From: Kiritimatiellia bacterium
Lineage (GTDB): Bacteria > Verrucomicrobiota > Kiritimatiellia > RFP12 > UBA1067
DNA: 64,000 nucleotides
Assembly: GCA_028700415.1 (NCBI GenBank)
Contig: JAQVSS010000002.1
Coordinates: 2,323 to 66,322, forward strand
Direction of reading: 5' to 3'
The notes beneath the pieces were generated by a model. That model saw nothing but the letters and a program-made list of their open reading frames with translations, had not been told where the DNA came from and did not search any database. Positions 9,066 to 18,804 of this stretch are shown in pieces. Each line of letters begins with the position of its first letter. Within the stretch, counting starts at the first letter, position 1. Made by a program: the position numbers and the translations under genes.

Positions 9066-11825
9066 ATGCTCGATTCCGTTCCACAACAGGACTCCGGATC
9101 TGTTCTTCCGCCGGTGAGCAACTGGCGCACGACGGATCAGGACGAGATCAACCGGCGCCGGGCGCGTGCCGCCAAAGAGGCCATGCAGTTCAGGAATCTG
9201 ACGCCGGAATTCCCGGTGTTCTCGAATTTCAGCGTGACGTCATCGGCGAGCGGTCAGACCTATCAGGTGGAGCTGCGCAGTCTCAAGCCGTTGGCCTGTT
9301 CATGCACGTGCGTCGATTTCCGGGTGAACGGCCTTGGAACCTGCAAGCATGTTGAGGGTGTGTTGCGCTGGCTGAGGACCGATCCGTTTCTCGTCCGGGA
9401 GACCGAGGCGTCTGGATCGCCCCGTGTGGATCTTGTTCCGGATATGACCGCTGGGCGGTTGATGGTGGAGCGCAACCTGAACACGCTGCCCTCCGGGGTG
9501 CAGGCGTTTTTCGATACCACGGGGTTGGCGCTCCCCGAGTTTTCCAAGGACGCAATCCTTGCGGCGTTCACGAAGTCGGGCCGCTCCGCCTTGCGCGTCT
9601 CTCAGGAGGTTGCCCCGTGGGTTGAGCGGCAAGCACGCGGCGAGGAGCGAATCCGCCTGAGGCGGGCCTATGAGCAACAGGTGCGGTCCGGACACTATCC
9701 CGCGCATGAGACAAAAGTGCCGCTGTTGCCCTATCAGCGCGAAGGCATGTTGCATCTGGCTTTCACGGAACGGGCGCTTTTGGCGGATGAGATGGGGCTT
9801 GGAAAGACCGCGCAGGCTATTGCGGCTGCAGCGCTGCTGCTCAGGTTGGGGCAAGTCAAGCGTGTGCTGGTGGTCGCGCCGGCTTCGCTCAAGACCGAGT
9901 GGGAAGAGCAGATCCGCCTGTTCACTGACCTGCCGTACCGGCTTGTTTTCGGTGACCGGCAAACGCGCAAGGCCACCTATGGGCATGCGGCCTTCTTCAC
10001 GCTGGCGAACTATGAGCAGATTCTGCGCGACGTGTCCCTCGTCAACACCGTCCTCAAGCCGGACTGCGTGATTCTCGATGAGGCGCAACGCATCAAGAAC
10101 TGGGACACCCAGACCGCGCAAGCGGTCAAACAGCTCAAGAGCCGCTATGTTTTCGTGCTGACGGGCACACCGCTGGAAAACCGGATCGATGAACTGTTTT
10201 CGTTGATGTCGATTGTTGATCCCGAGGTGTTGGGCCCCCTTTTCCGGTTCAACCGCGACTTCTATGTGCTCAACGCCAACGGGCGGCCGGAAGGCTACCA
10301 GAACCTTCAACACTTGCGCGAACGCCTCAAACCTTATCTGTTGCGCCGACGTAAGGCTGAGGTCGAGAACGAGTTGCCGGACCGCGTCGACCGTACCGTC
10401 CATGTGCCCATGACCCCGGAACAGAGGGAACGGTACGAGGTTCATGCGGCACGTGTGGCTAGACTCGTTGCGCACGCGCGCGAACATGCGCTGTCGGGGC
10501 AAGAATCGGAACGGCTGCAACGCGAGCTTTCCATGATGCGCATGATTTGTGACACGCCGTTCATTCTTGACCCAGAGTGCAGGGCCTGTCCGAAATTAGT
10601 CGAGATCCAAAACCTTTTGGAGAGCGCCCTTTCTGCGCCTGGGGTGAAAGTGCTCCTCTTTTCCGAGTGGGAGCGGATGCTGATGTTGGTCCGTGAGGTG
10701 TGCCTTCAGATGGGAGTTGAGTTCGCATGGCATACCGGGGCTGTGCCTCAGCAAAAGCGGCGGCTGGAGATCCTGCGTTTCAAGAGCGAGCCGGAATGCC
10801 GCGTGTTTCTGTCGACAGACACCGGAGGTGTCGGGCTCAACCTGCAACAGGCAAGCGTGGTCATCAACTGTGACTTGCCGTGGAGCCCGGCGCGGTTGGA
10901 ACAGCGTGTGGCACGCGCGTGGCGTAAAAATCAGGTGCGCAGCGTCACGGTGGTCAACCTTGTCACGGAAGATAGCGTCGAAGCACGGATGGTCGGCACC
11001 CTGGCGAAAAAAAGGTTATTGGCCGAAGGCGTATTGGACGGCGGAGGGGAGGGTCTCGAACGTCAAACCTGCGGGACTGGACGGTCGGCTTTTCTTCAGC
11101 GTTTAGAGGCGGTCGTGCCGTGTGGCTCCCCGGCGTTGTCCCCTGTGCCGCACCCCTCGTTTGAGGCGCTGAGGGCGGTCGATCCCGAATTGGGCTTCGC
11201 AGCCGCCGTGTCGGCGCGCTTGGGCGAAAGAATGGTGTCGTGTGAAATGCGGAAAACGGAGGCGGGCGCACAGGCGGTTTTGTTGGTGCTTGAGGGCGAC
11301 CTCCGGTCAGCGGCGGCGTGTGCGGAGCAGATCGGTGCCGACTGGTTTGGAAAACACCCCCGTGTTCCCCTGATTGAGGTTGTGACACAAGCCACGTATG
11401 ATGCGATGAACCGGTTGGTCGGGCAGGGTTTTTTGAGTGTGCCTCAGTGTGCGGTGCGCACCCTTTTCCTGCGTGGGCGGGGATTGGATCAGCCGCAGTT
11501 GTTGCCCGGAAGCGCGCAGGCACGGGAAGCCGAACTGCGGCTTCAGGCGGCACAGGCTTACCGGAAAGCCAGGCGCTTGGTCTCCCGGTTGGCGTTCGAT
11601 GCGTCGCGGCAACCGCTCGAAGAGTCGGTGGTGCTGTTGGCCCGGGCCTATGCGGTGCAGCGGCATCTCGCGGAACCGCAAAATGTGCGGCAAGCCCTAT
11701 CGGACGCTTACATCGGTTTGTGGGGCGACATTCGGGCTGTTCTGCAGGAACTGCTGGAGTGTGAAGGTTCACAAGTGGCGGTCGCGCGTGTGCTGATGAC
11801 AAAATTCGGCAGTCAGTCTTTTTGA
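9066..11825 (+). CDS. SWIM zinc-finger / SNF2-family ATP-dependent helicase with an uncharacterised C-terminal region of about 240 aa
   Basis: SWIM: CSCTCVDFRVNGLGTCKHV. SNF2_N: LLPYQREGMLHLAF...LADEMGLGKTAQAI, DEAQRIKN, LTGTPLENR. Helicase_C: LLFSEWERML...FLSTDTGGVGLNLQQASVVINCDLPWSPARLEQRVARAWRKNQ. I chose the start at ATG 9066 (GAGGGGA upstream); the track ORF starts at 8961. Confidence 0.85.
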   Translation: MLDSVPQQDSGSVLPPVSNWRTTDQDEINRRRARAAKEAMQFRNLTPEFPVFSNFSVTSSASGQTYQVELRSLKPLACSCTCVDFRVNGLGTCKHVEGVLRWLRTDPFLVRETEASGSPRVDLVPDMTAGRLMVERNLNTLPSGVQAFFDTTGLALPEFSKDAILAAFTKSGRSALRVSQEVAPWVERQARGEERIRLRRAYEQQVRSGHYPAHETKVPLLPYQREGMLHLAFTERALLADEMGLGKTAQAIAAAALLLRLGQVKRVLVVAPASLKTEWEEQIRLFTDLPYRLVFGDRQTRKATYGHAAFFTLANYEQILRDVSLVNTVLKPDCVILDEAQRIKNWDTQTAQAVKQLKSRYVFVLTGTPLENRIDELFSLMSIVDPEVLGPLFRFNRDFYVLNANGRPEGYQNLQHLRERLKPYLLRRRKAEVENELPDRVDRTVHVPMTPEQRERYEVHAARVARLVAHAREHALSGQESERLQRELSMMRMICDTPFILDPECRACPKLVEIQNLLESALSAPGVKVLLFSEWERMLMLVREVCLQMGVEFAWHTGAVPQQKRRLEILRFKSEPECRVFLSTDTGGVGLNLQQASVVINCDLPWSPARLEQRVARAWRKNQVRSVTVVNLVTEDSVEARMVGTLAKKRLLAEGVLDGGGEGLERQTCGTGRSAFLQRLEAVVPCGSPALSPVPHPSFEALRAVDPELGFAAAVSARLGERMVSCEMRKTEAGAQAVLLVLEGDLRSAAACAEQIGADWFGKHPRVPLIEVVTQATYDAMNRLVGQGFLSVPQCAVRTLFLRGRGLDQPQLLPGSAQAREAELRLQAAQAYRKARRLVSRLAFDASRQPLEESVVLLARAYAVQRHLAEPQNVRQALSDAYIGLWGDIRAVLQELLECEGSQVAVARVLMTKFGSQSF

Positions 11826-11892
11826 GAAAAAAGGGTTGGGCCGTTTATGCGGGTTTGCATTGATGCTACGCGAAAAAGGGGGGGGTGATCAG

Positions 11893-14800
11893 ATGAAGAT
11901 GACGAAGCCCGTTGCTGTTTTGGTGACCGCGTTTCTTGGGTGTGCGGTCCGGGCCGCCCCCGAGCCTTCGGTGCCCCGGGCAGACGCGTGGGGCGGCCGT
12001 GCGGCGCGGCCCGGAGTGGTGAATCCGGTTGTGAGGCCGCCGTTGCAGGAGGTGCTCTCCTTGCGGGGAGAATGGGAGTTCGCGACCGATCCTCAGACCA
12101 ACGGGCTTGCTGCGGGGTGGATGCGGCCTGGAGCCGTTTGGCCCGGTCAACGAACCGTCAAGGTGCCCGCCTGTTGGGAAGCCCAAGGCGTGGGTGTGCC
12201 CGGCATGAGCGAGACGTGGGATTGCAAATGGGACGCGGGGGTGTTTCCCCTGCGGAACGTCTATATGGGATCGGCCTGGTACCGCCGGGCGGTTTCCATT
12301 CCCGCAGCGTGGCAGGGCAAACGCATCTGGTTGAAAATCGGCGGGGTGAGGGCCCTGGGCTGGTTCTGGGTGAACGGCAAACCGGTCGCCCACGACTACA
12401 CGTACTGCGGCGTTTACACGTATGACATTACCGATTGTGTCTCGCCGGGGCAGGATGCTGTGGTGGTTGCCCTGGTGCGCAACGACCTGCCGAGCCGTAA
12501 GGGGAGCACGAGTTGGCGGCATCGCGCGGGCGGGCTGTACCGCGACGTGGAGATAGAGGCCACACCTGTGACATGGATCGACAGCGTGCGGGTGGCGGGC
12601 GATTTCGACCGGCGGGAGGCGGTGGTTTACGCGACGGTGTCATATGCCACGGCAGAACAGAAACTGAGAAATCCGGTCCTGAGGGTAAAGATCCAGTCGG
12701 CAGCCGGTACTGCCGCGGTCACCTTTGACGACGCGAAACAGAGCGCCGATGCGGTTTGCCGGGTACCCCTTGATCCGTTCCGCGCTTGGTCGCCGGAACA
12801 TCCGAGTCTGTACGTGGCGGAGATCACGCTGTGCGATGGCGACACGCCGATCCATGTCTGGACGGAGCGTTTCGGCGTACGGAAACTCGAAGTCCGCGGT
12901 GACCGGTTCTTCCTGAACGGCAAGCCGTTTTTCATCCGGGGATTTGGCGATGACCATATTTATCCGATCACGCTGGTGTCGCCCGCGTCACGCGAGGAGC
13001 ACCTCAAACATCTCAGGATTGCGCGTGCCGCCGGATTCAACTATGTCCGGTTGCACACGCACTGTGAAGTGCCCGAGTTTTATGAGGCCGCCGACGAGGC
13101 GGGAATCCTGATTCAACCCGAGCTGCCTTACTATGGGAAGTCCGTTGCCGAGGCGTTCCCCTATGATCCGAAGGGCGACCTCATCGAGCTGATCACGCAT
13201 TATCAGCGCTACGTGTCGCTGGCCACATGCAGCATGGGGAATGAAGGGCACCTCGGTTCACCGCTCGACCGCGAGTTGTATGAAACGGTCAAGAAACTGG
13301 CCCCGCAGCTATTGGCCCTGCACCAAGACGGGGGGAAGAACACCCGCGAAAATTCCGACTTCCGCACCGGGCCGCTTCGGCCCTGGCCCTTGGGCAGCTT
13401 TGTCTGCGATGCTCCTTATATCACCCATGAATATCTCAATCTGGCGGTAAACAGCGATCCGCGGCTGCAGCCGCTTTTCTCCGGCGCGTATGACGCCCCC
13501 CGCGATCTGAAGAGCTACGGGGCCACGCTTCAGCGTCTTGGCTTGTCCCGCGCTTGGGGCGACGCCTGTATCGGTGCAGCGCACGCGCTCCAGCGGTGTT
13601 ATCAGAAGCAGGGCATCGAATCGGCCCGGCTCGATCCGACGTGCGACGGCTATTGCTTCTGGACGATCGTCGATGTCCTTTTCCGTGCCCAGGGTCTTTT
13701 CGACCCCTTTTGGCAACCGAAACCCGGCGGGTTCACCCCAGAGGAGTTCCGGATATTCAACGGGGCGGCGGCGATTCTGCTCAAGACCGAGACCGACCTA
13801 CGGATCGCGGTCGCCGGCGACAAGGTAAAGGCCGGTTTCTGGATCACGCATTACGGTGACGAACCGCTTAAGGATACAAGAGTGGCATGGACCTTGCGTG
13901 CGGACAAACGGATCCTTGCGCAAGGCGAATGCGCTGGCGGCGATGTCGAGTTGGGGGCCACGCGGCTTTTGTCCGAGCAGGTGCTGATGATCCCGAGTCT
14001 AGACAAGCCGGTTCATGCGGTGCTGGACGTGAAACTGGTAGGGACGGTTCCCCGAACCGTCCGCGGACGCCTCGGGGAGGCGTCCCTACCGGCGGAGGCC
14101 GGAATCGCCAACCGGTGGGATTTCTGGCTCTTCCCGAAGCGTGAGCCGAAAGACGGTTCCCGCATGGCGGCGACACGGGGTGTTTACCCCGCGCTGGCCG
14201 CACGTTATCCCGGGCTTGCCCGCGTCGGGATGCCGGAGGGTGACGCGGCACAGGTTCTCATCGCGTCGGAAGATGATCCCGAAGCTTGGGCAAGCCTTTC
14301 GGCTGGACGGAGGGTCGTGCTGCTCGACCGGTGCAAGGCGCCCGACAATGTGCAGCTTGGCTGGTGGTTGCTTGGAAATCAGATGGGCACGGCCATGGCA
14401 CGCCATCCGGTGTTCGGCGATTTCCCCCATGACGGCACACTCTCCCCGCTTTGGTTCCGCATCGTCAAGCGTCCGGAACTTCTGCAGCCTGGCAACGGGT
14501 TCTGCGGCGCCGAACCGCTCATGGTCGGCGAAGGGATTGACGGGTATTCGGTTTACTTGTGCCAGGCGCGTGTCGGCAAGGGACGGCTGATCCGCGCCTG
14601 CGGGTTGGATGTGTTGACGGACACGCCCGAGGGGACGCGTCTGCTGGATGCGATACTCGGGTATGCGCGGTCAGAAGCCTTCTCACCGGAAGCGTCGCTG
14701 GATCAGGAGCGGCTGGCCGCGCGATGGAAGAGGCGGCAACAGATTTTTTGCGGGCTGAACGGCTGGGCACGTACGCTGGAGGCCGATGCCCTTCGTTCGG

Positions 14801-15234
14801 GGCACTATTTTTTCGGCGCCGCGAAAAGCCGTATGATGAGTCTGCCCGGGGGAAAGAAGAAATTGGCATGGGAAACCCTTCCGGTATCGGCGGACGAGCC
14901 GGGTGCGACGGTCACTTTCCGCTGGCTTCATGTGACGGAAATGAACGTATGGAACACAAAGGTGACGGCGCTAATCAAGGTGTTTTTGGACGAAACAGCG
15001 GTGCTGACGTATACCGCTGACATTCTCAGGAAGGAGTGGACGGTGCGTGAAGGGGATGCCGTTCTGACGTTCAGCGGTCTGGATTACACACAAAACTCGA
15101 TCACCGGGATCATGGAATTGACCGTGCCGAGGTCACGGGTACGGCCGGGCCGCCCCGGTCTCATCCGGTTGGTGGCGGAACATCCCTCAGAGGGGCAGTT
15201 GTCGACGGGGGTGATCGAGGTCAACACTCTCTGA
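11893..15234 (+). CDS. Exported glycoside hydrolase family 2-like enzyme with an extra C-terminal region of about 600 aa
   Basis: Signal peptide MKMTKPVAVLVTAFLGCAVRAAP. GH2 sugar-binding domain (SAWYRRAVSIPAAWQGKRIWLKIGGVRALGWFWVNGKPVAHDY...YDITD). TIM barrel (FFLNGKPFFIRGFGDD, FNYVRLHTHCEVPEFYEAADEAGILIQPE). Putative acid/base Glu in CSMGNEGH. Confidence 0.8.
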   Translation: MKMTKPVAVLVTAFLGCAVRAAPEPSVPRADAWGGRAARPGVVNPVVRPPLQEVLSLRGEWEFATDPQTNGLAAGWMRPGAVWPGQRTVKVPACWEAQGVGVPGMSETWDCKWDAGVFPLRNVYMGSAWYRRAVSIPAAWQGKRIWLKIGGVRALGWFWVNGKPVAHDYTYCGVYTYDITDCVSPGQDAVVVALVRNDLPSRKGSTSWRHRAGGLYRDVEIEATPVTWIDSVRVAGDFDRREAVVYATVSYATAEQKLRNPVLRVKIQSAAGTAAVTFDDAKQSADAVCRVPLDPFRAWSPEHPSLYVAEITLCDGDTPIHVWTERFGVRKLEVRGDRFFLNGKPFFIRGFGDDHIYPITLVSPASREEHLKHLRIARAAGFNYVRLHTHCEVPEFYEAADEAGILIQPELPYYGKSVAEAFPYDPKGDLIELITHYQRYVSLATCSMGNEGHLGSPLDRELYETVKKLAPQLLALHQDGGKNTRENSDFRTGPLRPWPLGSFVCDAPYITHEYLNLAVNSDPRLQPLFSGAYDAPRDLKSYGATLQRLGLSRAWGDACIGAAHALQRCYQKQGIESARLDPTCDGYCFWTIVDVLFRAQGLFDPFWQPKPGGFTPEEFRIFNGAAAILLKTETDLRIAVAGDKVKAGFWITHYGDEPLKDTRVAWTLRADKRILAQGECAGGDVELGATRLLSEQVLMIPSLDKPVHAVLDVKLVGTVPRTVRGRLGEASLPAEAGIANRWDFWLFPKREPKDGSRMAATRGVYPALAARYPGLARVGMPEGDAAQVLIASEDDPEAWASLSAGRRVVLLDRCKAPDNVQLGWWLLGNQMGTAMARHPVFGDFPHDGTLSPLWFRIVKRPELLQPGNGFCGAEPLMVGEGIDGYSVYLCQARVGKGRLIRACGLDVLTDTPEGTRLLDAILGYARSEAFSPEASLDQERLAARWKRRQQIFCGLNGWARTLEADALRSGHYFFGAAKSRMMSLPGGKKKLAWETLPVSADEPGATVTFRWLHVTEMNVWNTKVTALIKVFLDETAVLTYTADILRKEWTVREGDAVLTFSGLDYTQNSITGIMELTVPRSRVRPGRPGLIRLVAEHPSEGQLSTGVIEVNTL

Positions 15235-15264
15235 CTCTGCTGCCGAATGGCGTGTCGAATTGCG

Positions 15265-15291
15265 TTGACGCCATCGCAGGCATTTTATAAT
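15265..15291 (+). promoter_or_regulatory. Candidate sigma70-type promoter upstream of the oxidoreductase gene
   Basis: TTGACG (15265-15270), a 15-nt spacer, then TATAAT (15286-15291), 29 nt upstream of ATG 15320. The spacer is shorter than optimal. Sequence match only. Confidence 0.3.
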
Positions 15292-15319
15292 AAGAATCCC
15301 TTATGAGGAAAAAAACAAA

Positions 15320-16750
15320 ATGACGGACTTGTCGGGCCAAATGAAAACATTGCCGGTGCCTCGTAGAGAGTTTCTGCGGACTTCTGCCGCTGCGTCCGTG
15401 TTCACGATTGTGCCGCGGCACGTGTTGGGCGGCCCCGGGTTTGTCGCGCCGAGCGAGAAAGTGAATGTCGCGATAATCGGTGCGGGAGGACAGGGGCTCT
15501 CCAATGTCAAAAGTCTGCTGAATGAGCCCGAGGCGCGGATCGTCGCGGTGTGCGATGTGGCCGAACAGAGTGACCTGAACGGGTTCTGGTACCACTGCGT
15601 GGCCGGACGAAAGCCGGTTAAGGCCCTGATCGATGAGCATTATTCAAAAACGTCGGCCAAATGCCGGTGCGCCGAGTATGAGGATTTCCGCGTCATGCTC
15701 GAAAAGGAGAAGGGGATCGACGCCGTTCTTTGCGCGACTCCCGACCATACGCATGCCGTGATTTCAATCACGGCGATGAAGATGGGCAAGCATGTCTATT
15801 GCGAAAAACCGCTCGCCCACAGCATCTGGGAAACCCGTCTGGTCGCAAAGGTTGCCAAAGAGACAGGCGTTGCCACGCAAATGGGAAACCAGGGGCATTC
15901 GGGGTCGGGTATCCGCATGACGTGCGAATGGATCTGGGATGGCGCCATCGGGCCGGTGCGCGAAGTCCATGTGTGGAGCGATGCGGCTTCATGGACAAAT
16001 GGTCCGGGACGTCCGAAAGAAACGCCTCCGGTGCCTGCGGGGTTCAATTGGGATCTCTGGCTCGGCCCCCGTGAGTATCGCCCGTATCATCCGGCGTATG
16101 CGCCGTACAACTGGCGAGGCTGGTGGGCGTTCGGGACCGGGTCCATCGGCGATATGGCGTGCCACAACATGGATCCGGCCGTGTGGGCTCTGAAACTGGA
16201 AGCCCCGCTCAGCGTGGAGGCTGTCGCAACGGCGGTCGACAGCGAAGTGACGTCGCTCGGCGGTCTCTACACGTATCAGTTCGGGCCGCGCGGCGACATG
16301 CCCGCTGTGAAGATGACGTGGTACGATGGCGGGTTGCGCCCTCCTGTTCCCGAAGGTATTGATTCCGACGATCCCCGGCAACGTCTGGGCGAGAGGGGCA
16401 ACGGCATTCTGTTTGTCGGCGACAAGGGGTTCATAAACTGTCCCGGCTGGGCCGGTACGCCGCGTTTGCTGCCGTTGCCGCTACACAAGGCATACACGCG
16501 TCCTGCGCCGTCTTTGCCGCGGGTGAAAGGGCATCACGCCGACTGGTTGGCCGCCTGCAAGGGTGGTCCGGCGGCGAGCGCGAGTTTCGAGTACGGCGCG
16601 CGCTTGACGGAATTGGTTCTGCTCGGCAACGTGGCTTTGCGTGTCGGCAAAAAGATCCAGTGGGATGCGGCCAACATGAAAGCGGCGAATGCTCCGGAAG
16701 CGGATGTTTTGTTTAAAGGGAATTACCGTAAGGGATGGGAAATCGGCTAA
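15320..16750 (+). CDS. Tat-exported Gfo/Idh/MocA-family NAD(P)-dependent oxidoreductase
   Basis: Twin-arginine signal (PRREFLRTSAAASVFT). Rossmann motif VNVAIIGAGGQG. Also CEKPLAHS and a GH109/Gfo-type C-terminal domain. Confidence 0.85.
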   Translation: MTDLSGQMKTLPVPRREFLRTSAAASVFTIVPRHVLGGPGFVAPSEKVNVAIIGAGGQGLSNVKSLLNEPEARIVAVCDVAEQSDLNGFWYHCVAGRKPVKALIDEHYSKTSAKCRCAEYEDFRVMLEKEKGIDAVLCATPDHTHAVISITAMKMGKHVYCEKPLAHSIWETRLVAKVAKETGVATQMGNQGHSGSGIRMTCEWIWDGAIGPVREVHVWSDAASWTNGPGRPKETPPVPAGFNWDLWLGPREYRPYHPAYAPYNWRGWWAFGTGSIGDMACHNMDPAVWALKLEAPLSVEAVATAVDSEVTSLGGLYTYQFGPRGDMPAVKMTWYDGGLRPPVPEGIDSDDPRQRLGERGNGILFVGDKGFINCPGWAGTPRLLPLPLHKAYTRPAPSLPRVKGHHADWLAACKGGPAASASFEYGARLTELVLLGNVALRVGKKIQWDAANMKAANAPEADVLFKGNYRKGWEIG

Positions 16751-16769
16751 ATCCGGAAAGGGAAAGAAC

Positions 16770-17729
16770 ATGATGACGCAAGGGAATCGGCGGTTTACAC
16801 GGCGCGGTTTTTTTGCCGGCACGCTTGGCGTGGCGGGTTTCGCGGCGGTCGGCGGCCTGTCCGCCCGGGGCGCGGAGCAGGGGAAAAATTCCATGAAGAT
16901 CGGTTGCGGCACGGTGACCTTTAGGAAGCAACCCTTAGAAGAGGCTCTGGAAAGGATCCGCCGCGCGGGCTACGAGTATGTCGAAACGCAGGCGACCGGG
17001 CCGTGGTGTCCGCACGTCGACGCCTCGAAAGATGATCCTCAAAAATTTGTCCAGACCGTGAACAAATACGGTTTCAAGGGGGTGACGGGGCTTTGGTCGC
17101 TGCACGGCGCCATTATACCTGATGCCAAAAGCGTTGAGGGAATCACGCAGACGATCCGGTGGGCAAAGGAGGCGGGGATTCCCGTTGTCCATGCGGGCGA
17201 CGGGAAAAAACCTGACTCCATGACGGAAGCCGATGCGTTGAAGGTGTTGGCTGAACGTCTTGCGGCCATTCTGGAAGTGGCGGAAAAGTGCCAGGTATAT
17301 CTGGCTATCGAGCCGCACGGGACGTTCTCCCTCACTGCGGACGGGTTGAAAAAAATCTTGGCCCTGTCGTCGTCGAAATGGCTGGGGATCAATTACGACA
17401 CCGCCAATGTCCATCGCGCCACCTATGTGGAAACGGCCAACGGAGGTTATTCCTGGACGCCCTTCGGGCAGCGTCAGGACGAAGTGATTACGCTGAAAGC
17501 CGTTGCCGATCGCGTTGTGCACATGCATGTGAAGGACGTGGTGGGGGCAACGTGTGTGGCGCTGGGGGAAGGCAAGGTGAATCTCCGCGGCTGTCTGCAG
17601 GTGCTGAAAAAATGCGGTTACACGGGCGTGGTTTCCTTGGAGACGGAAGGCGAGTTCGGCACCGAAGAGGGGCAGCGACTTATCGAGGCCAGCCACCGTT
17701 ACCTGACTAAAACGCTCTCGGAGATCTGA
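16770..17729 (+). CDS. Tat-exported xylose-isomerase-like TIM-barrel protein (sugar phosphate isomerase/epimerase family)
   Basis: Start at ATG 16770 (MMTQGNRRFTRRGFFAGTLGVAGFAA, a twin-arginine signal). AP_endonuc_2/XI-like strings: YEYVE, VHAGDG, LAIEPHG, INYDTANV, HMHVKD, VSLETE. Confidence 0.8.
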   Translation: MMTQGNRRFTRRGFFAGTLGVAGFAAVGGLSARGAEQGKNSMKIGCGTVTFRKQPLEEALERIRRAGYEYVETQATGPWCPHVDASKDDPQKFVQTVNKYGFKGVTGLWSLHGAIIPDAKSVEGITQTIRWAKEAGIPVVHAGDGKKPDSMTEADALKVLAERLAAILEVAEKCQVYLAIEPHGTFSLTADGLKKILALSSSKWLGINYDTANVHRATYVETANGGYSWTPFGQRQDEVITLKAVADRVVHMHVKDVVGATCVALGEGKVNLRGCLQVLKKCGYTGVVSLETEGEFGTEEGQRLIEASHRYLTKTLSEI

Positions 17730-17767
17730 ACCGGATACGAAGGAAATCAAACACCATCAGGAGAAAC

Positions 17768-18784
17768 ATGCATGCGTTGATGATATCCGTGCCGATCCTC
17801 TTACTCGCCGTCTCGCTCTTGAGTGCTGCGCCGGTCAAACTCATCTTCGATACCGACATGGGCAACGATGTCGATGACGTCATGGCGCTGTGTATGATCC
17901 ACACCCTGCAGACGCGCGGCGAGGTTGAGCTGCTTGCCGTGACGATCACCAAGGATCATCCTCAGGCCGCGGCTTTTGTGGACGCCGTAAACACCTTCTA
18001 CGGGCGTCCCGATGTTCCCATCGGCGTCGTGAAAGGCGGCGTGACGCCCGAACCGGGCAAGTTCAACCCGCTGGCCGATGTTAAGAACGACGACGGCTCT
18101 CTGCGGTATCCGCACGACCTCATGCGCGGCGAAGACGCGCCCGAAGCCGTCGGGTTGATCAGGAAGCTGCTTGCCGCCGAACCGGACAACAGCGTCACCT
18201 TGGTACAGGTGGGATTTTTCACCAATTTCCGGCGTCTCTTGGAGTCGCACCCCGACGGTCACACACCGCTCAGCGGACGCGATCTCATCGCGAAGAAGGT
18301 GAAGGTGCTCTCGATCATGGCGGGCGCTTTCCAGACGGTGAACTGGGACACGCGGCCCCTCGAATACAACGTGATCAACGACATGCCTGCCGCGCAGGCG
18401 CTCGCGAAAAACTGGCCCTCGCCGGTGGTCTGGAGCGGTTTTGAGATCGGGGTGGCGGCGGCCTTTCCCCATGAGGTGATCGAACGCGGATTCGCGTATG
18501 TGAAGCATCACCCGCTCAAGGAGGCTTACACCCTCTACATGCCGCCGCCGCACAATCGGCCTACGTGGGATCCGACCGCGCTTCTGTATGCGGTATATCC
18601 AGAGTGCGGGTACTTCACGCTTTCGCCTGGCGGCACCGTCACGGTCGAGGACAATGGAGCCACGTGGTTCCGGCCGGCGCGGGACGGGAAAGGCCAGCAT
18701 CGCTATCTCGCGATGAGCGGCGAACAATCCGCCCGCGTGCGCGAAGCGGTGGTGCAACTCTGTGTGGCTCCGCCCACAAAATGA
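17768..18784 (+). CDS. Secreted inosine-uridine nucleoside-hydrolase-fold protein
   Basis: Sec signal MHALMISVPILLLAVSLLSAAP, followed directly by an IUNH aspartate cluster (LIFDTDMGNDVDDVMAL). Confidence 0.7.
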   Translation: MHALMISVPILLLAVSLLSAAPVKLIFDTDMGNDVDDVMALCMIHTLQTRGEVELLAVTITKDHPQAAAFVDAVNTFYGRPDVPIGVVKGGVTPEPGKFNPLADVKNDDGSLRYPHDLMRGEDAPEAVGLIRKLLAAEPDNSVTLVQVGFFTNFRRLLESHPDGHTPLSGRDLIAKKVKVLSIMAGAFQTVNWDTRPLEYNVINDMPAAQALAKNWPSPVVWSGFEIGVAAAFPHEVIERGFAYVKHHPLKEAYTLYMPPPHNRPTWDPTALLYAVYPECGYFTLSPGGTVTVEDNGATWFRPARDGKGQHRYLAMSGEQSARVREAVVQLCVAPPTK

Positions 18785-18804
18785 GCATGGGAAGGGACTG
18801 TCCG

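Noticed and set aside
15248-15273. Inverted repeat TGGCGT...ACGCCA after the GH2 stop, considered as a terminator
   Set aside because: It has only a 6-bp stem with a 14-nt loop and no clean T-run. It overlaps the candidate -35 of the next gene, so I did not call it.
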